From a cyanobacterium endosymbiont of Braarudosphaera bigelowii (lineage in GTDB: Bacteria > Cyanobacteriota > Cyanobacteriia > Cyanobacteriales > Microcystaceae): 32,000 nt of DNA. Below are positions 1-9,443 of this stretch, piece by piece (within the stretch, counting starts at the first letter, position 1; every line of letters starts with the position of its first letter). Location: assembly GCF_020885515.1 (NCBI RefSeq), contig NZ_AP024987.1, positions 510,001 to 542,000 on the forward strand. Reading direction: 5' to 3'. The translations under genes and the position numbers were made by a program. The notes beneath the pieces were generated by a model. That model worked only from the letters and a program-made list of their open reading frames with translations. It made no database searches and was not told where the DNA came from.

Positions 1-198
1 TAGTACAGACTTTTTGTCCTCGTCTTGAATAACAGGAGAACTAATAAAAGCTTTTAGCTCTGAGGAATCTTCTAGAATCTGCAAAACAGTTCTACAGTCT
101 TGTTCAACTAATCTCGTGATTTTATGGGACTCAGCAATAGACATCATAGCTTGAGCGTAGGGCTCTGCAATTTCTGCATTAACTAATGATCCTTTCAC
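1..198 (-). CDS. atpH: F0F1 ATP synthase subunit delta (OSCP), N-terminal 66 codons only; the gene runs off the window start
   Basis: Not in the ORF track because it is open-ended. Minus-strand translation from GTG at 198-196 gives VKGSLVNAEIAEPYAQAMMSIAESHKITRLVEQDCRTVLQILEDSSELKAFISSPVIQDEDKKSVL, a typical delta-subunit N-terminus. It follows atpF, as in the canonical cyanobacterial atp1 operon. The GTG overlaps the atpF stop (TAGTG). Confidence 0.85.
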   Translation of the reverse strand, partial: MKGSLVNAEIAEPYAQAMMSIAESHKITRLVEQDCRTVLQILEDSSELKAFISSPVIQDEDKKSVL

Positions 199-734
199 TA
201 TGAACCTCCTAACCGATTAATGCTACGGTTAATAAGCATTTGCTGAGCATTATTATCAACCTTGGACTTTAATTGCTCTTCTGCCTTGACAACAGCTTGT
301 TCCGCAATTTGTTTCTTCAACTGTGCAATTACTCTTTCTTGCTCAGAGGAAAGATCTGCAGCAGCGGTTTCTTTAAGACGAACAATATCTTGTTCATTCT
401 GAGCTAAAATTTCAGCTTTAATAGCTATAGCTCTTTCTTGAGCAGCTTTGTGAATTTTTTCTGCTTCAATTTGAGCTTGGGCTAATTTTTTCTCTTCCTG
501 AGCCAAAGAAGTAATTGCTTGCTGTTGTTTTTTTTCAGCTTCTTGAATAGACAGGGCTATTGCATTGTGCCTTTCACTGAGGGTATCTCCTATGGCTTTA
601 CGTCCGTAGAATATTAAAATACCAACAAGAATGGTTAAGTTGAAAATGTTACTTTCCAAAAAATCGAAATGAAGCCCAATTAAGGGTCCATTTTCAGCGT
701 GACTTTCAGCGACTAATAATAAAGAATCGATCAT
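198..734 (-). CDS. atpF: F0F1 ATP synthase subunit b
   Basis: 178-aa ORF with one N-terminal TM helix (FNLTILVGILIFYG) followed by a long Ala/Glu/Lys/Gln-rich coiled coil. It sits between b' and delta in the operon. Confidence 0.9.
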   Translation of the reverse strand: MIDSLLLVAESHAENGPLIGLHFDFLESNIFNLTILVGILIFYGRKAIGDTLSERHNAIALSIQEAEKKQQQAITSLAQEEKKLAQAQIEAEKIHKAAQERAIAIKAEILAQNEQDIVRLKETAAADLSSEQERVIAQLKKQIAEQAVVKAEEQLKSKVDNNAQQMLINRSINRLGGS

Positions 735-763
735 ACCGGTTTATCACCCAAAGGACGGCGTCG

Positions 764-1195
764 TTACTTGATTAACTCTGGACCTAAAAGCTTTTCCAGA
801 ATTTGATGACTTAAAACATCGACTTGTTTTTCTAGAACTTTTAGAGCATCTTGGCGCTGTTGTGCAATTTCTTTAGCAACAGCTTCTTTTTTAGCTTGGG
901 CTTCTTGTTGAGCAATAACAATTGCTTCATTAGCAATTATTTTAGCCTCTGACTGAGCTGAAATGACAATCTCTTGAGATTGTTTTCTTGTCTCTGATAA
1001 TTGTTGTTCATACTGAGCAGCCAGCTCTCTAGCTTTATCTAAATGCTCTTTCCCACCTATTTCTTGCTGACGAATATAATCAGCTCGCTTGTCTAGTACC
1101 TCATTAAGAGGCTTATAAAAAATGGCATTTAGAACAACTGCTAATAAGATAAATTGCAATGCCATGACCGGCAAAGTTGCGTCAAAATCAAACAT
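764..1195 (-). CDS. atpG: F0F1 ATP synthase subunit b'
   Basis: 143-aa ORF starting [30 protein letters not shown], followed by a coiled coil, which is the characteristic cyanobacterial b' pattern. It lies between c and b. Confidence 0.9.
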   Translation of the reverse strand: MFDFDATLPVMALQFILLAVVLNAIFYKPLNEVLDKRADYIRQQEIGGKEHLDKARELAAQYEQQLSETRKQSQEIVISAQSEAKIIANEAIVIAQQEAQAKKEAVAKEIAQQRQDALKVLEKQVDVLSHQILEKLLGPELIK

Positions 1196-1229
1196 AACTT
1201 ACTCAACTAGATCTTTTACTTTATGATTG

Positions 1230-1253
1230 AGAGGCAGCCATATGGCTGCCTCT
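1230..1253 (-). promoter_or_regulatory. GC-rich perfect palindromic hairpin between atpE and atpG; candidate intra-operon RNA stabiliser or attenuator
   Basis: AGAGGCAGCCATATGGCTGCCTCT gives a stem of about 10 bp with an ATAT centre. It is the only GC-rich element in this spacer. No U-tract follows it on the minus strand. Confidence 0.5.
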
Positions 1254-1269
1254 ATTAATCGACTAAATC

Positions 1270-1527
<258 letters not shown>

Positions 1528-1771
1528 TCAATTTTATTGATAAAACAAATTAGAAGCTAATTGTCAACTTAAATAGTTTAGGAGTATAGGTCTTAAAAAC
1601 AAGACTAGAAATAGTTAGTTCTGTCTCTACAAACTCCCAATAAGTAAGGACCTGAGTTAATAATGGAAACTTTATATCCATCTCCTCTGTCTATTGTCTT
1701 ACGTTTTGGTCATTTTTGCGTAACAGATATTTTCCTTTTTGATAGTCTGTTTAATTAGAACCTTACTCTTA

Positions 1772-2566
1772 TTAATGTCCTTCTTCCTCTTCTGATTCAA
1801 TTGCTTCGTGAATATAAGCTCCTGCCAGGGTAGCAAACACTAAAGCTTGAATCGCACTAGTAAATAGTCCTAGTGCCATTAGTGGTAATGGCACTAGTAG
1901 AGGAACAAGAAATACAAGTACTCCTACTACTAATTCATCAGCCAGAATATTACCAAACAGACGGAAGCTCAGAGAGAGAGGCTTGGTAAAATCTTCTAAA
2001 ATCTTAATAGGTAGTAAGATAGGAATAGGTTGAATATAATTAGCAAAATAACCTAAACCCTTCTTGCTAAGACCTGCGTAAAAGTAGGCTAAAGACGTTA
2101 GAAGTGCTAATGCAACAGTCGTGTTAATGTCATTAGTAGGAGCAGCTAATTCACCTTCTGGAATTTCTATAAGTTTCCACGGGATTAGAGCTCCTGACCA
2201 ATTGGAGACAAAAATAAACAAAAATAGTGTCCCAATAAAGGGTAACCATTGTCGATAATGTTTTTCTCCGAGCTGGTTTTTAGCCAAATCTCGTAGAAAT
2301 TCTAAAACATACTCCATAAAATTTTGCATCCCACTAGGAACTCGTTGAATATTACGAGTTGCAGATAGAGATGCAATAACCAATAGGGCAATGACAAACC
2401 AAGAACCAAGGAATACTTGTCCATGTAATCTTAGATTGCCAATTTCCCAGTACCAGTGCTTGCCAACTTCTAAGGCAGCAAAGAATAAGGTGTTTGAAAT
2501 GTATAAACCATGTAACATTGTCATTAGGTAGAATTTACCAAATCTGGTCACTGAATGGAATCTCAA
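1772..2566 (-). CDS. atpB: F0F1 ATP synthase subunit a (the real start is probably the ATG at 2524, reading MTMLHG...)
   Basis: Contains [21 protein letters not shown], the [12 protein letters not shown] Arg motif and multiple TM helices. The first 14 codons of the track ORF overlap atpI and look like a read-back extension. Confidence 0.93.
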   Translation of the reverse strand: MRFHSVTRFGKFYLMTMLHGLYISNTLFFAALEVGKHWYWEIGNLRLHGQVFLGSWFVIALLVIASLSATRNIQRVPSGMQNFMEYVLEFLRDLAKNQLGEKHYRQWLPFIGTLFLFIFVSNWSGALIPWKLIEIPEGELAAPTNDINTTVALALLTSLAYFYAGLSKKGLGYFANYIQPIPILLPIKILEDFTKPLSLSFRLFGNILADELVVGVLVFLVPLLVPLPLMALGLFTSAIQALVFATLAGAYIHEAIESEEEEGH

Positions 2567-3030
2567 TCGCTCTTTCGCGCTGAAACCATTACGCTTTGTA
2601 TGGTATAAGCAACTATAGCGACTTTATAAGTCAAAAATCCCAAGAAGACTGGGACAATGTAAAGTTTTTGCCATTGACTAGCCACGATAATTGTAGCCGC
2701 AAATAGAATTAATCCTTTATTACCTAATTTCTGTTGTGAGGTTCCAATTCGTTCTACCTCTCTCGCCAACATTTTTAAATAAACAACTCCTACAAGTGCT
2801 CCTAATAGATAGCTAAAAGCCAAATGTAAAGAGTGGAATATCCAGACACATATGAAGATGATCCCTGTAAGTACTACGCTTAGCAACATAAGTGTGCGCT
2901 GCAACTGATAGTAATCTTTCATAGAATCAGCCTGAATTGTTTCTGTATTAGAAGTTTGAGAGACAGAACTAGTTAATTGCATACAGTTACAGGTTTTTAT
3001 TTGACTTAAAATCAGCCTATATAAAACCAA
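2563..3030 (-). CDS. atpI: ATP synthase protein I (atp1/atpI); the track ORF starts at a TTG and the likely true start is the ATG at 2982 (MQLTSS...)
   Basis: Small hydrophobic protein with TM helices ([58 protein letters not shown]). It lies immediately upstream of subunit a, as in cyanobacterial atp1 operons. Confidence 0.75.
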   Translation of the reverse strand: MVLYRLILSQIKTCNCMQLTSSVSQTSNTETIQADSMKDYYQLQRTLMLLSVVLTGIIFICVWIFHSLHLAFSYLLGALVGVVYLKMLAREVERIGTSQQKLGNKGLILFAATIIVASQWQKLYIVPVFLGFLTYKVAIVAYTIQSVMVSARKSD

Positions 3031-3521
3031 GGCAAATTTAAATCTGTAATTCTAAGTGAGGCTCGTAAGAAAACTTGATAAACTGTTGAAGTAAATCATT
3101 AAATATTTCCTACTACTTCATCCATCGTGTTAGAGAAAGCCTTAAAGCGAGTCACTGCTAATAATATCATGTTGATGTAACAACATGAATAGAGGTACTG
3201 TGCCGGCAGGTATAAGTTAAGAAAGTATTAAACATTTAAATATAAAATACTAGGAAAGTATGATAAATATAGAACAAAAAATGATCATAAAAACTTTAAG
3301 CACAGTCATAAATGGCAAATAACATTTAATTAATTACCTATATAGGCAAACGGTTTGCAAAAAAAAAACTATATATTTATTACTTTTTAGGCAATAAGTG
3401 ATATGGATTACAACTAATGAAGTAATAAGAATTATTACTTTGTGAAAATATTTATTTGTAGAAATGTTTCGATAATGTCTCTCAAGAATAAAACTATTGA
3501 TTAGTACTTTAGTCATTTAAG

Positions 3522-3566
3522 AGTGGTTAATTAAAAAAATCAATTTGATTTTTTTAATTAACCACT
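3522..3566. repeat. Perfect 45-nt palindrome: 22-bp arms around one central T
   Basis: AGTGGTTAATTAAAAAAATCAA T TTGATTTTTTTAATTAACCACT. All 22 pairs were checked by hand. It lies in the 1.2-kb non-coding spacer. Confidence 0.9.
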
Positions 3567-4257
3567 ACAAGCTCTTTGTTTTAAATAATAATTGGCAATA
3601 TTAAAATTTAAATAAAATATAATGTTACTAAATATAGATGACATAATATTATTAATAGAGATTTATAGCGTATCTTATTTAAACAGACCCACTATATTCC
3701 TTAAGATAAATGAAATTTTAGAATTTAATTACCTTTATTTTATTCCGTCACGTTTAAACTGTTAAGTATAAAATTTTATAAGATTTTCTTTCAAGCTTTA
3801 TAAGAATACTGTGTCTTAGTAATAAAAGCAGCTTGCAAAAAAGATCAAATATCATTTATGTTACTTTTTTAAATTCATGAAAAAATAAGATAATCATGTT
3901 CTTAAAATAAGTATCTTATTTTTTTATATTATGCTCCTGACATTTTTTCTATTTTGCTAATATTCCAGAAATGTCTATCTGAGATGAGGTTTTAGAATTC
4001 TTTAAATAAATTTTACTCTTTCTATTTATTAACTCAGTTACTAATATGACTAAGAAACCAGAATAACAATTTAATGTATGACTAAGTCACTTATGCTTAT
4101 TTTCATCCTTTAAACATTGAAATATTAAGTTGATAATTATGTATTTTTTTTATTTGAATTTAAAGATTTAACGTTATATTTTTGATATGATGACTAGTGA
4201 TTAATATTATTAGTCAATGGTTATCATTAACATAAGAGTAAAGGACATTGAAAAATT

Positions 4258-4644
4258 ATGACCAATACAAATTCTACTCCCTTAATGGGAAAAGCATTAC
4301 TTCAAAAGGTGAAAGAATTATCTCATAAACCTCGAAGAGAAACTGCTAAAGAGTGTGGATATTATTCAGTAACAAAAGATGGACAAATTCGTGTTAATTT
4401 GACCGATTTTTATGATGCAGTTTTAGGGGCTAAAGGAGTTCCCCTTGAACCTGGTTCTACTAAAGATGGGCGAGGCCGTGAACCCACATTTCGTGTTAGT
4501 GTCCATAAAAACGGTCAGATTGTCATAGGTTCTACTTATACAGAGCAAATGGGACTAAAACCAGGTGATGAATTTGAAATTAAACTTGGTTACAAACATA
4601 TTCACCTTAAACAAGTTGATATTGAAGAAAAAGAAGCTGCCTAG
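4258..4644 (+). CDS. Cyanobacterial AbrB-family transcriptional regulator (cyAbrB / CalA-like)
   Basis: 128-aa ORF. The N-terminal part reads ALLQKVKELSHKPRRETAKECGYYSVTK. The C-terminal SpoVT/AbrB swapped-hairpin part reads GQIVIGSTYTEQMGLKPGDEFEIKLGYKHIHLKQV. This is the domain order of the cyAbrB clade. Confidence 0.88.
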   Translation: MTNTNSTPLMGKALLQKVKELSHKPRRETAKECGYYSVTKDGQIRVNLTDFYDAVLGAKGVPLEPGSTKDGRGREPTFRVSVHKNGQIVIGSTYTEQMGLKPGDEFEIKLGYKHIHLKQVDIEEKEAA

Positions 4645-4700
4645 ACTGTTTTTAATTTCGATAAATGTAAATGACATTACTAACTAGGATTAAAAAAAAT

Positions 4701-4733
4701 AGTCATTAAGCCTATTATTTAGGCTTAATGACT
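4701..4733 (+). terminator. Hairpin terminator candidate downstream of the cyAbrB gene
   Basis: AGTCATTAAGCCT-ATTATTT-AGGCTTAATGACT, a perfect 13-bp stem. An A8 tract lies upstream and a T8 tract about 17 nt downstream. A second hairpin at 4769-4802 (ATCTCACTTTTA / TAAAAGTGAGAT) follows. Confidence 0.55.
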
Positions 4734-4844
4734 AAGAAGCAAAGAAGATTTTTTTTAGTATTATTAACATCTCACTTTTAGATATGTACCTAAAAGTGAG
4801 ATATGTTATGGTAAATAATAAATTAATCTATAATCCGCTCCACA

Positions 4845-5750
4845 ATGTCATTAAGAGCAGTACGAAATAGTTTAGATTTGATTCTAAATGGAATTGAATG
4901 GGAAGCGATATTATCTTCCCGCTTAATTCAACAATTATCAGTATTTATTAAAACTTTTTCTAGCGAAATTCAAGTTATTTCACTAGTATTTACTTGGTTT
5001 ATTGTTTGGTCACCTATTGCTTTTTTTATAAGCAAAAAAATTAAATGGAGACCTTTTGAACCATTAAATCCTAGTCAGAAATTATTACTACTCATTCCTT
5101 TATATTTATTAGTTCCTCCTTTAATATCCTTAATGTTAATCAGAGAACATAAATCTTTGGCCAACTATGGATTAGTTTTTAAATATGATTTTCTGGTTGA
5201 CTTTTTTGTAGGTTTATTAATAAGTTTACTTAGTTTAATAGTTTTATTTAAACTAGAAGAAAAATTAGATTACTTAAAATGGAATTTTGAGAATAAAATT
5301 ACATTAAATAGAATTTTATTACCTACTTTAGGTTTAGCTTTATGGATAGGATTGACAGAAGAATTAATATTTAGAGGAATAATACAAACAATCTTAGAAG
5401 ATAACCATAATATATTAATAGCCGGTGTTATCTGTAGCATAGTCTTTGCATTACTTCACTTAGTTTGGGAAAGAAAAGAAACTCTTCCTCAACTACCAGG
5501 ATTATGGTTGATGGGTATGGTTTTAACTGAAGCGAAATGGGTCCATAATGGTGATTTGGGATTACCATGGGGATTACACACAGGATGGATCCTAGGAATT
5601 TCTTTGTTAGAATCTACAAAATTGATTACATATAAAGATTTAAAGGGTAATTATATAGTTGGAATTGGACAAAAACCTTTAGCAGGTATAATGGGGGTCT
5701 TATCATTACTAGTTACTGGCATCGTTCTGTGGTCTTTTACTATCATTTAA
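4845..5750 (+). CDS. CPBP family (CAAX/Abi-type) intramembrane glutamic endopeptidase
   Basis: 301-aa polytopic membrane protein with the family motifs EELIFRG (EExxxR) and FALLH (FxxxH). Confidence 0.85.
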   Translation: MSLRAVRNSLDLILNGIEWEAILSSRLIQQLSVFIKTFSSEIQVISLVFTWFIVWSPIAFFISKKIKWRPFEPLNPSQKLLLLIPLYLLVPPLISLMLIREHKSLANYGLVFKYDFLVDFFVGLLISLLSLIVLFKLEEKLDYLKWNFENKITLNRILLPTLGLALWIGLTEELIFRGIIQTILEDNHNILIAGVICSIVFALLHLVWERKETLPQLPGLWLMGMVLTEAKWVHNGDLGLPWGLHTGWILGISLLESTKLITYKDLKGNYIVGIGQKPLAGIMGVLSLLVTGIVLWSFTII

Positions 5751-5834
5751 AGCCAACCATAAACTTACAGAACATTATCATAAATAATTAGTTTTATCAA
5801 AAATACGTTCTAGAAGTTTTTTAAAACTAAATCA

Positions 5835-6689
5835 TTGATCATAAAATTTATGTTCATTCAATCTTATAAAAATTTTCTGGGTATTGAAAGAGTAACAATT
5901 CCAATTACAGGACTACCTAATGATCTAGATCAAATAAAAATTGCTCAGCTATCAGATTTTCACTATGATGGACTCTCTCTTTCTAATTCATTACTCATAA
6001 AAGCAATTCAGTATAGTAATGCAGAAAAACCAGATCTGATTTTATTAACAGGAGACTATATTACCAATTCAACTGATTATATATATAATTTAGCTTCACA
6101 GTTAAAGTTACTGAAAAGCCAAAAGGGAGTTTATGCAGTCTTAGGCAATCATGATATCTTATACAAAAATGGAAAATCCATAATAACAGAAGCACTAACT
6201 CATGCAAATATAAAAGTTCTTTGGAATGAAATTGTTTACCCTTTAGGCATGTATTTACCAATAATTGGATTAGCAGATTTTTGGTCACAAGAATTTAATC
6301 CTGAAGTTGTCATAAATAAATTATCTGTATCACAACCTCGTCTAGTTCTGTCCCATAATCCTGATACAGCTAGTATTTTAAAAAAATGGCGTGTTGATTT
6401 ACAACTATCAGGTCATACTCATGGTGGACAAATCATAATTCCGGGTTTTGGACCATGTTTAATGTTATTCCAAAAAATATATAGAATAACACCTCATAAA
6501 CTACTAAAATATTTTCCCTTAGCTAAATATAGCTCAAGTATTGTAAAGAATTGGAAATGGAATTTAGGATTACATACAATAGGAAAGAATAAACTATACG
6601 TAAATCGAGGATTAGGGACTTATTCACCAGGGAGATTCTTTTGTTCTCCAGAGCTAACAATAATTACTTTGGTTAAAAGTAGTAAATAG
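5835..6689 (+). CDS. Metallophosphoesterase (YkuE/YaeI-like)
   Basis: Ordered calcineurin-like motifs: LSDFHYDG (DxH), LTGDY (GD), GNHD and SGHTHGGQ (GHxH). The track start is a TTG at 5835; an alternative ATG lies at 5850. Confidence 0.85.
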   Translation: MIIKFMFIQSYKNFLGIERVTIPITGLPNDLDQIKIAQLSDFHYDGLSLSNSLLIKAIQYSNAEKPDLILLTGDYITNSTDYIYNLASQLKLLKSQKGVYAVLGNHDILYKNGKSIITEALTHANIKVLWNEIVYPLGMYLPIIGLADFWSQEFNPEVVINKLSVSQPRLVLSHNPDTASILKKWRVDLQLSGHTHGGQIIIPGFGPCLMLFQKIYRITPHKLLKYFPLAKYSSSIVKNWKWNLGLHTIGKNKLYVNRGLGTYSPGRFFCSPELTIITLVKSSK

Positions 6690-6743
6690 TTAATTTGTGC
6701 TAAAGACCATATACCAAATTCTTGTTTCTAAATATAATTACTT

Positions 6744-9065
6744 TTATTTAAGAATTTTAGTAATCGAATTTGTACCAGGGTCAATAATTTTTCTTCCTAA
6801 ACTTTTAAATTTAATAGCTAAATTAACTTTTTTTTCTGATCCTAAAACATGGGTGACTTCACCTTCTCCGAAACTATAGTGAATTATATGGTCACCAACT
6901 GACCATTGAATATTATTGTTTTTAGAGTTATTTCTTTTTTGCGAAGTTTTTTCGATAATTATATTTGTATGATCACTTACTAAGTCTTGAGGAATTTCTT
7001 CTAAAAATTGTGAGACAATTTTAATTTCTTTTGATCCCCATACAAATCTTTCCTGAGCATAAGTTATAAATAGTTTTTCTTGTGCACGAGTTATACCTAC
7101 GTAACACAAACGTCTTTCTTCTTCCAAGGAAAGAGGATCGCTTAAGCTACGAATATGCGGTAAAGTTCCTTGTTCCAAACCTACTAAAAAAACAATAGGA
7201 AATTCTAACCCTTTAGCAGAATGTAATGTCATAAGAGATACCTTATTGTTTTCATTCTCTAAATTATCTAAGTCAGAAGAAAGAGATGCATTCGTCAGAT
7301 AGCCTTGTAAACTAGGATCGTTATTTTCTTCCCGATACTGATTGATGGCATTATATAATTCTTGAAGATTTTCAAGTCTATTATCTGCTTCCTCAGTTTC
7401 TTTCTGCTTTAAGTCATTTATGTATCCTGATTTTTGCATTATTTGGTTAAAAATATCTGTAGATAATGATTTAGTTGATTGTTCTTGCAATTCTTTAATC
7501 ATATGTACAAAACTAAGAACTGCTTTTGAAGATTTTCCCGTCAATGTCATAACACAAGTCTCATCAATAAGTATTTCCCATAAAGAAGTCCTTAATTCTT
7601 GAGAAGCTTTTAATAATAAGTCAACGGTTGTTTTACCAATACCACGGCGAGGAGAATTAATAACTCTTAAAAGACTTACAGTGTCATAAGGATTAACAAT
7701 TAAACGTAAATATGCGATTGAATCTTTAATCTCTTGACGATCATAAAATTTAAACCCTCCTACAATAGTGTAAGGAATATTTCGACGAACTAGAATATCT
7801 TCGAATGGTCTAGATTGAGAATTTACTCTGTATAGAAAAGCAATATCTTTCCAGCTTAACTTAGGGTTTAAGCTTATTAATTCTTCGATTTTATTAATAA
7901 CAAACTCTGCTTCTATATGTTCATTATCTGCTTTATAACAATAAATTTTTTCGCCTTTACCTCTTGTTGCTTTGAGAGTTTTATCAATACGCTGACTATT
8001 ATTATATATAAGATGATTAGCTGCACTTAATATAGTTTCTGTTGAACGATAATTGTTTTCCAGCTTTATCATAGTTTTAGTTTCTTCATCCGACAAGCCA
8101 TCTCCAAATTCAGACTGAAAGTTCAATAAAATTGTAAAATCAGCCATGCGGAAACTATAGATAGATTGATCTGCATCACCTACAACGAAAACGGATCTAT
8201 TTCTCCAACTCCACTCATTCCTATCTATTTTTCCATTTGTTGTTAACAATTGAATCAAAGTATACTGTATTCGATTTGTATCTTGATATTCATCAACTAA
8301 AATATGCTTAAATTGAGAATGCCAATAACCTAAAACAGATTGATTTTTTTCAAATAAACGGACTGGAATTAAAATTAAGTCATCAAAATCTAAAGCATTA
8401 TTTTCAGCGAGTTGAGTCTGGTATTCATCATAGATTTCTGCAATAATACGTCCTTTTGAATAAGAGTGTTCTTTCAAGTATTCTTCAGGAGATAAACCTA
8501 AATTTTTAGCGCTACTGATAGCGTAACGAATTGTTCTAGGGTTAAAAGTTTTTTCGTCTAGATTAAATTGTTTTAAAGTTATATTTTTCACAATATTTTG
8601 AACATCAGATTCATCAAAAATAGAAAAATTTCTATCCCATTTTCTCTTTTTACTATCTTGGTATTTATTAATATCATACCGGAGTATTCTTGCGCATAGG
8701 CTGTGAAAAGTACCTATCCACAATTGTTTCGTAGTCTTTTTATAAATAAAAGAAAGTAGTTTTTTTTGATTAAATTCTGATAAAGAGTCAAATGATTGTC
8801 TATAGTTTTTTAAGGAAATTTCTTGAGCGAGAAGATTATCAAGCCTATCTTTCATTTCTTTTGCTGCTTTATTTGTAAAAGTCACAGCAAGAATGGACCC
8901 AGGATTAACTTTATTATAAATAATCAAGTTTGCGATCCTGTAGGTGAGAGCACGTGTTTTACCTGAGCCAGCTCCTGCAATCACCAAAAGAGGGCCACAG
9001 AAATGCTCTACAGCACGACGTTGAAAGTGATTTAATGTAGAAAGAAAATCGGCAGAAGTAGTCAT
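6744..9065 (-). CDS. pcrA: ATP-dependent DNA helicase PcrA/UvrD (SF1)
   Basis: 773 aa. Motifs: Walker A AGAGSGKT, FTNKAA, DEYQDTN, VGDADQSIYSFR, NYRS, TLHSAKGLEF and YVGITRA. It also has the C-terminal Tudor-like WSVGDHIIHYSFGEGEV. Confidence 0.93.
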   Translation of the reverse strand: MTTSADFLSTLNHFQRRAVEHFCGPLLVIAGAGSGKTRALTYRIANLIIYNKVNPGSILAVTFTNKAAKEMKDRLDNLLAQEISLKNYRQSFDSLSEFNQKKLLSFIYKKTTKQLWIGTFHSLCARILRYDINKYQDSKKRKWDRNFSIFDESDVQNIVKNITLKQFNLDEKTFNPRTIRYAISSAKNLGLSPEEYLKEHSYSKGRIIAEIYDEYQTQLAENNALDFDDLILIPVRLFEKNQSVLGYWHSQFKHILVDEYQDTNRIQYTLIQLLTTNGKIDRNEWSWRNRSVFVVGDADQSIYSFRMADFTILLNFQSEFGDGLSDEETKTMIKLENNYRSTETILSAANHLIYNNSQRIDKTLKATRGKGEKIYCYKADNEHIEAEFVINKIEELISLNPKLSWKDIAFLYRVNSQSRPFEDILVRRNIPYTIVGGFKFYDRQEIKDSIAYLRLIVNPYDTVSLLRVINSPRRGIGKTTVDLLLKASQELRTSLWEILIDETCVMTLTGKSSKAVLSFVHMIKELQEQSTKSLSTDIFNQIMQKSGYINDLKQKETEEADNRLENLQELYNAINQYREENNDPSLQGYLTNASLSSDLDNLENENNKVSLMTLHSAKGLEFPIVFLVGLEQGTLPHIRSLSDPLSLEEERRLCYVGITRAQEKLFITYAQERFVWGSKEIKIVSQFLEEIPQDLVSDHTNIIIEKTSQKRNNSKNNNIQWSVGDHIIHYSFGEGEVTHVLGSEKKVNLAIKFKSLGRKIIDPGTNSITKILK

Positions 9066-9235
9066 AAAGATTTAAAAATCAAATGCCATTGTCTGATTTC
9101 TTGATTGTAACTTTATTAATCTAATCTAGTAATGATTGAATATAAAGTAAATATAAGTGCTCAGCCTAACACATTAAGTAAAAGAAAAGTTTTTGATTGT
9201 ACTACGATTCATGAATCAAAATGGAAATTTTCCCC

Positions 9236-9241
9236 TACAAT
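9236..9241 (+). promoter_or_regulatory. Candidate -10 box (TACAAT) of the Yfr1 sRNA gene
   Basis: TACAAT lies 6-7 nt upstream of the first stem-loop of the predicted sRNA. The -35 region (GAATCA at about 9213-9218) is weak. Confidence 0.45.
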
Positions 9242-9247
9242 AGAAGA

Positions 9248-9315
9248 AGCGGAGACAATTGTTTCCGTTCACTCCTCACACCATACTCCGTCCGGCAATG
9301 TTCGGACGGTTTTTT
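9248..9315 (+). ncRNA. yfr1: Yfr1-type small regulatory RNA (about 68 nt)
   Basis: Three parts in order. First, a 5' stem-loop (9250-9256 pairs with 9261-9267, loop AATT). Second, the unpaired conserved motif ACTCCTCACAC (9271-9281). Third, a terminator stem (CCGTCCG 9288-9294 pairs with CGGACGG 9303-9309) plus T6 (9310-9315). It lies directly upstream of trxA. Confidence 0.78.
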
Positions 9316-9443
9316 ATTAAATGAGAAAATAATAACTTCTAAAATTTACGGAAATTTAAGTAAAAATAAAGAGAGTTTTTCATATGGTAGAATAAAACCC
9401 TAGATTATTCTAGAGAAATATGAGCAATTAAAGGAATTCTTAT

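Noticed and set aside
3334-3516. 60-aa minus-strand ORF in the long spacer
   Set aside because: Its Ile/Asn/Lys/Tyr-rich composition is what random A/T-rich DNA gives. There is no RBS and no motif, so it is treated as noise.
3031-4257. The AT-rich 1.2-kb spacer as a chromosomal replication origin
   Set aside because: I scanned for DnaA boxes (TTATCCACA / TTTTCCACA and their complements) and found none. The nearest matches are the TTAACCACT ends of the palindrome, with two mismatches each. No dnaA or dnaN lies nearby.
5835-6689. The two metallophosphoesterase genes (5835-6689 and 22842-23951) as recent paralogues or a duplicated module
   Set aside because: They share only the generic calcineurin-like metal-binding motifs. 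Their lengths, N-termini (cytoplasmic or anchor versus Tat signal) and inter-motif sequences differ.
9132-9403. Two overlapping plus-strand ORFs (9132-9320, 62 aa; 9221-9403, 60 aa) in the pcrA-trxA spacer
   Set aside because: They have no RBS or recognisable protein features. They run straight across the Yfr1 stem-loops and its terminator, so the RNA-gene interpretation explains the conserved-looking sequence better.
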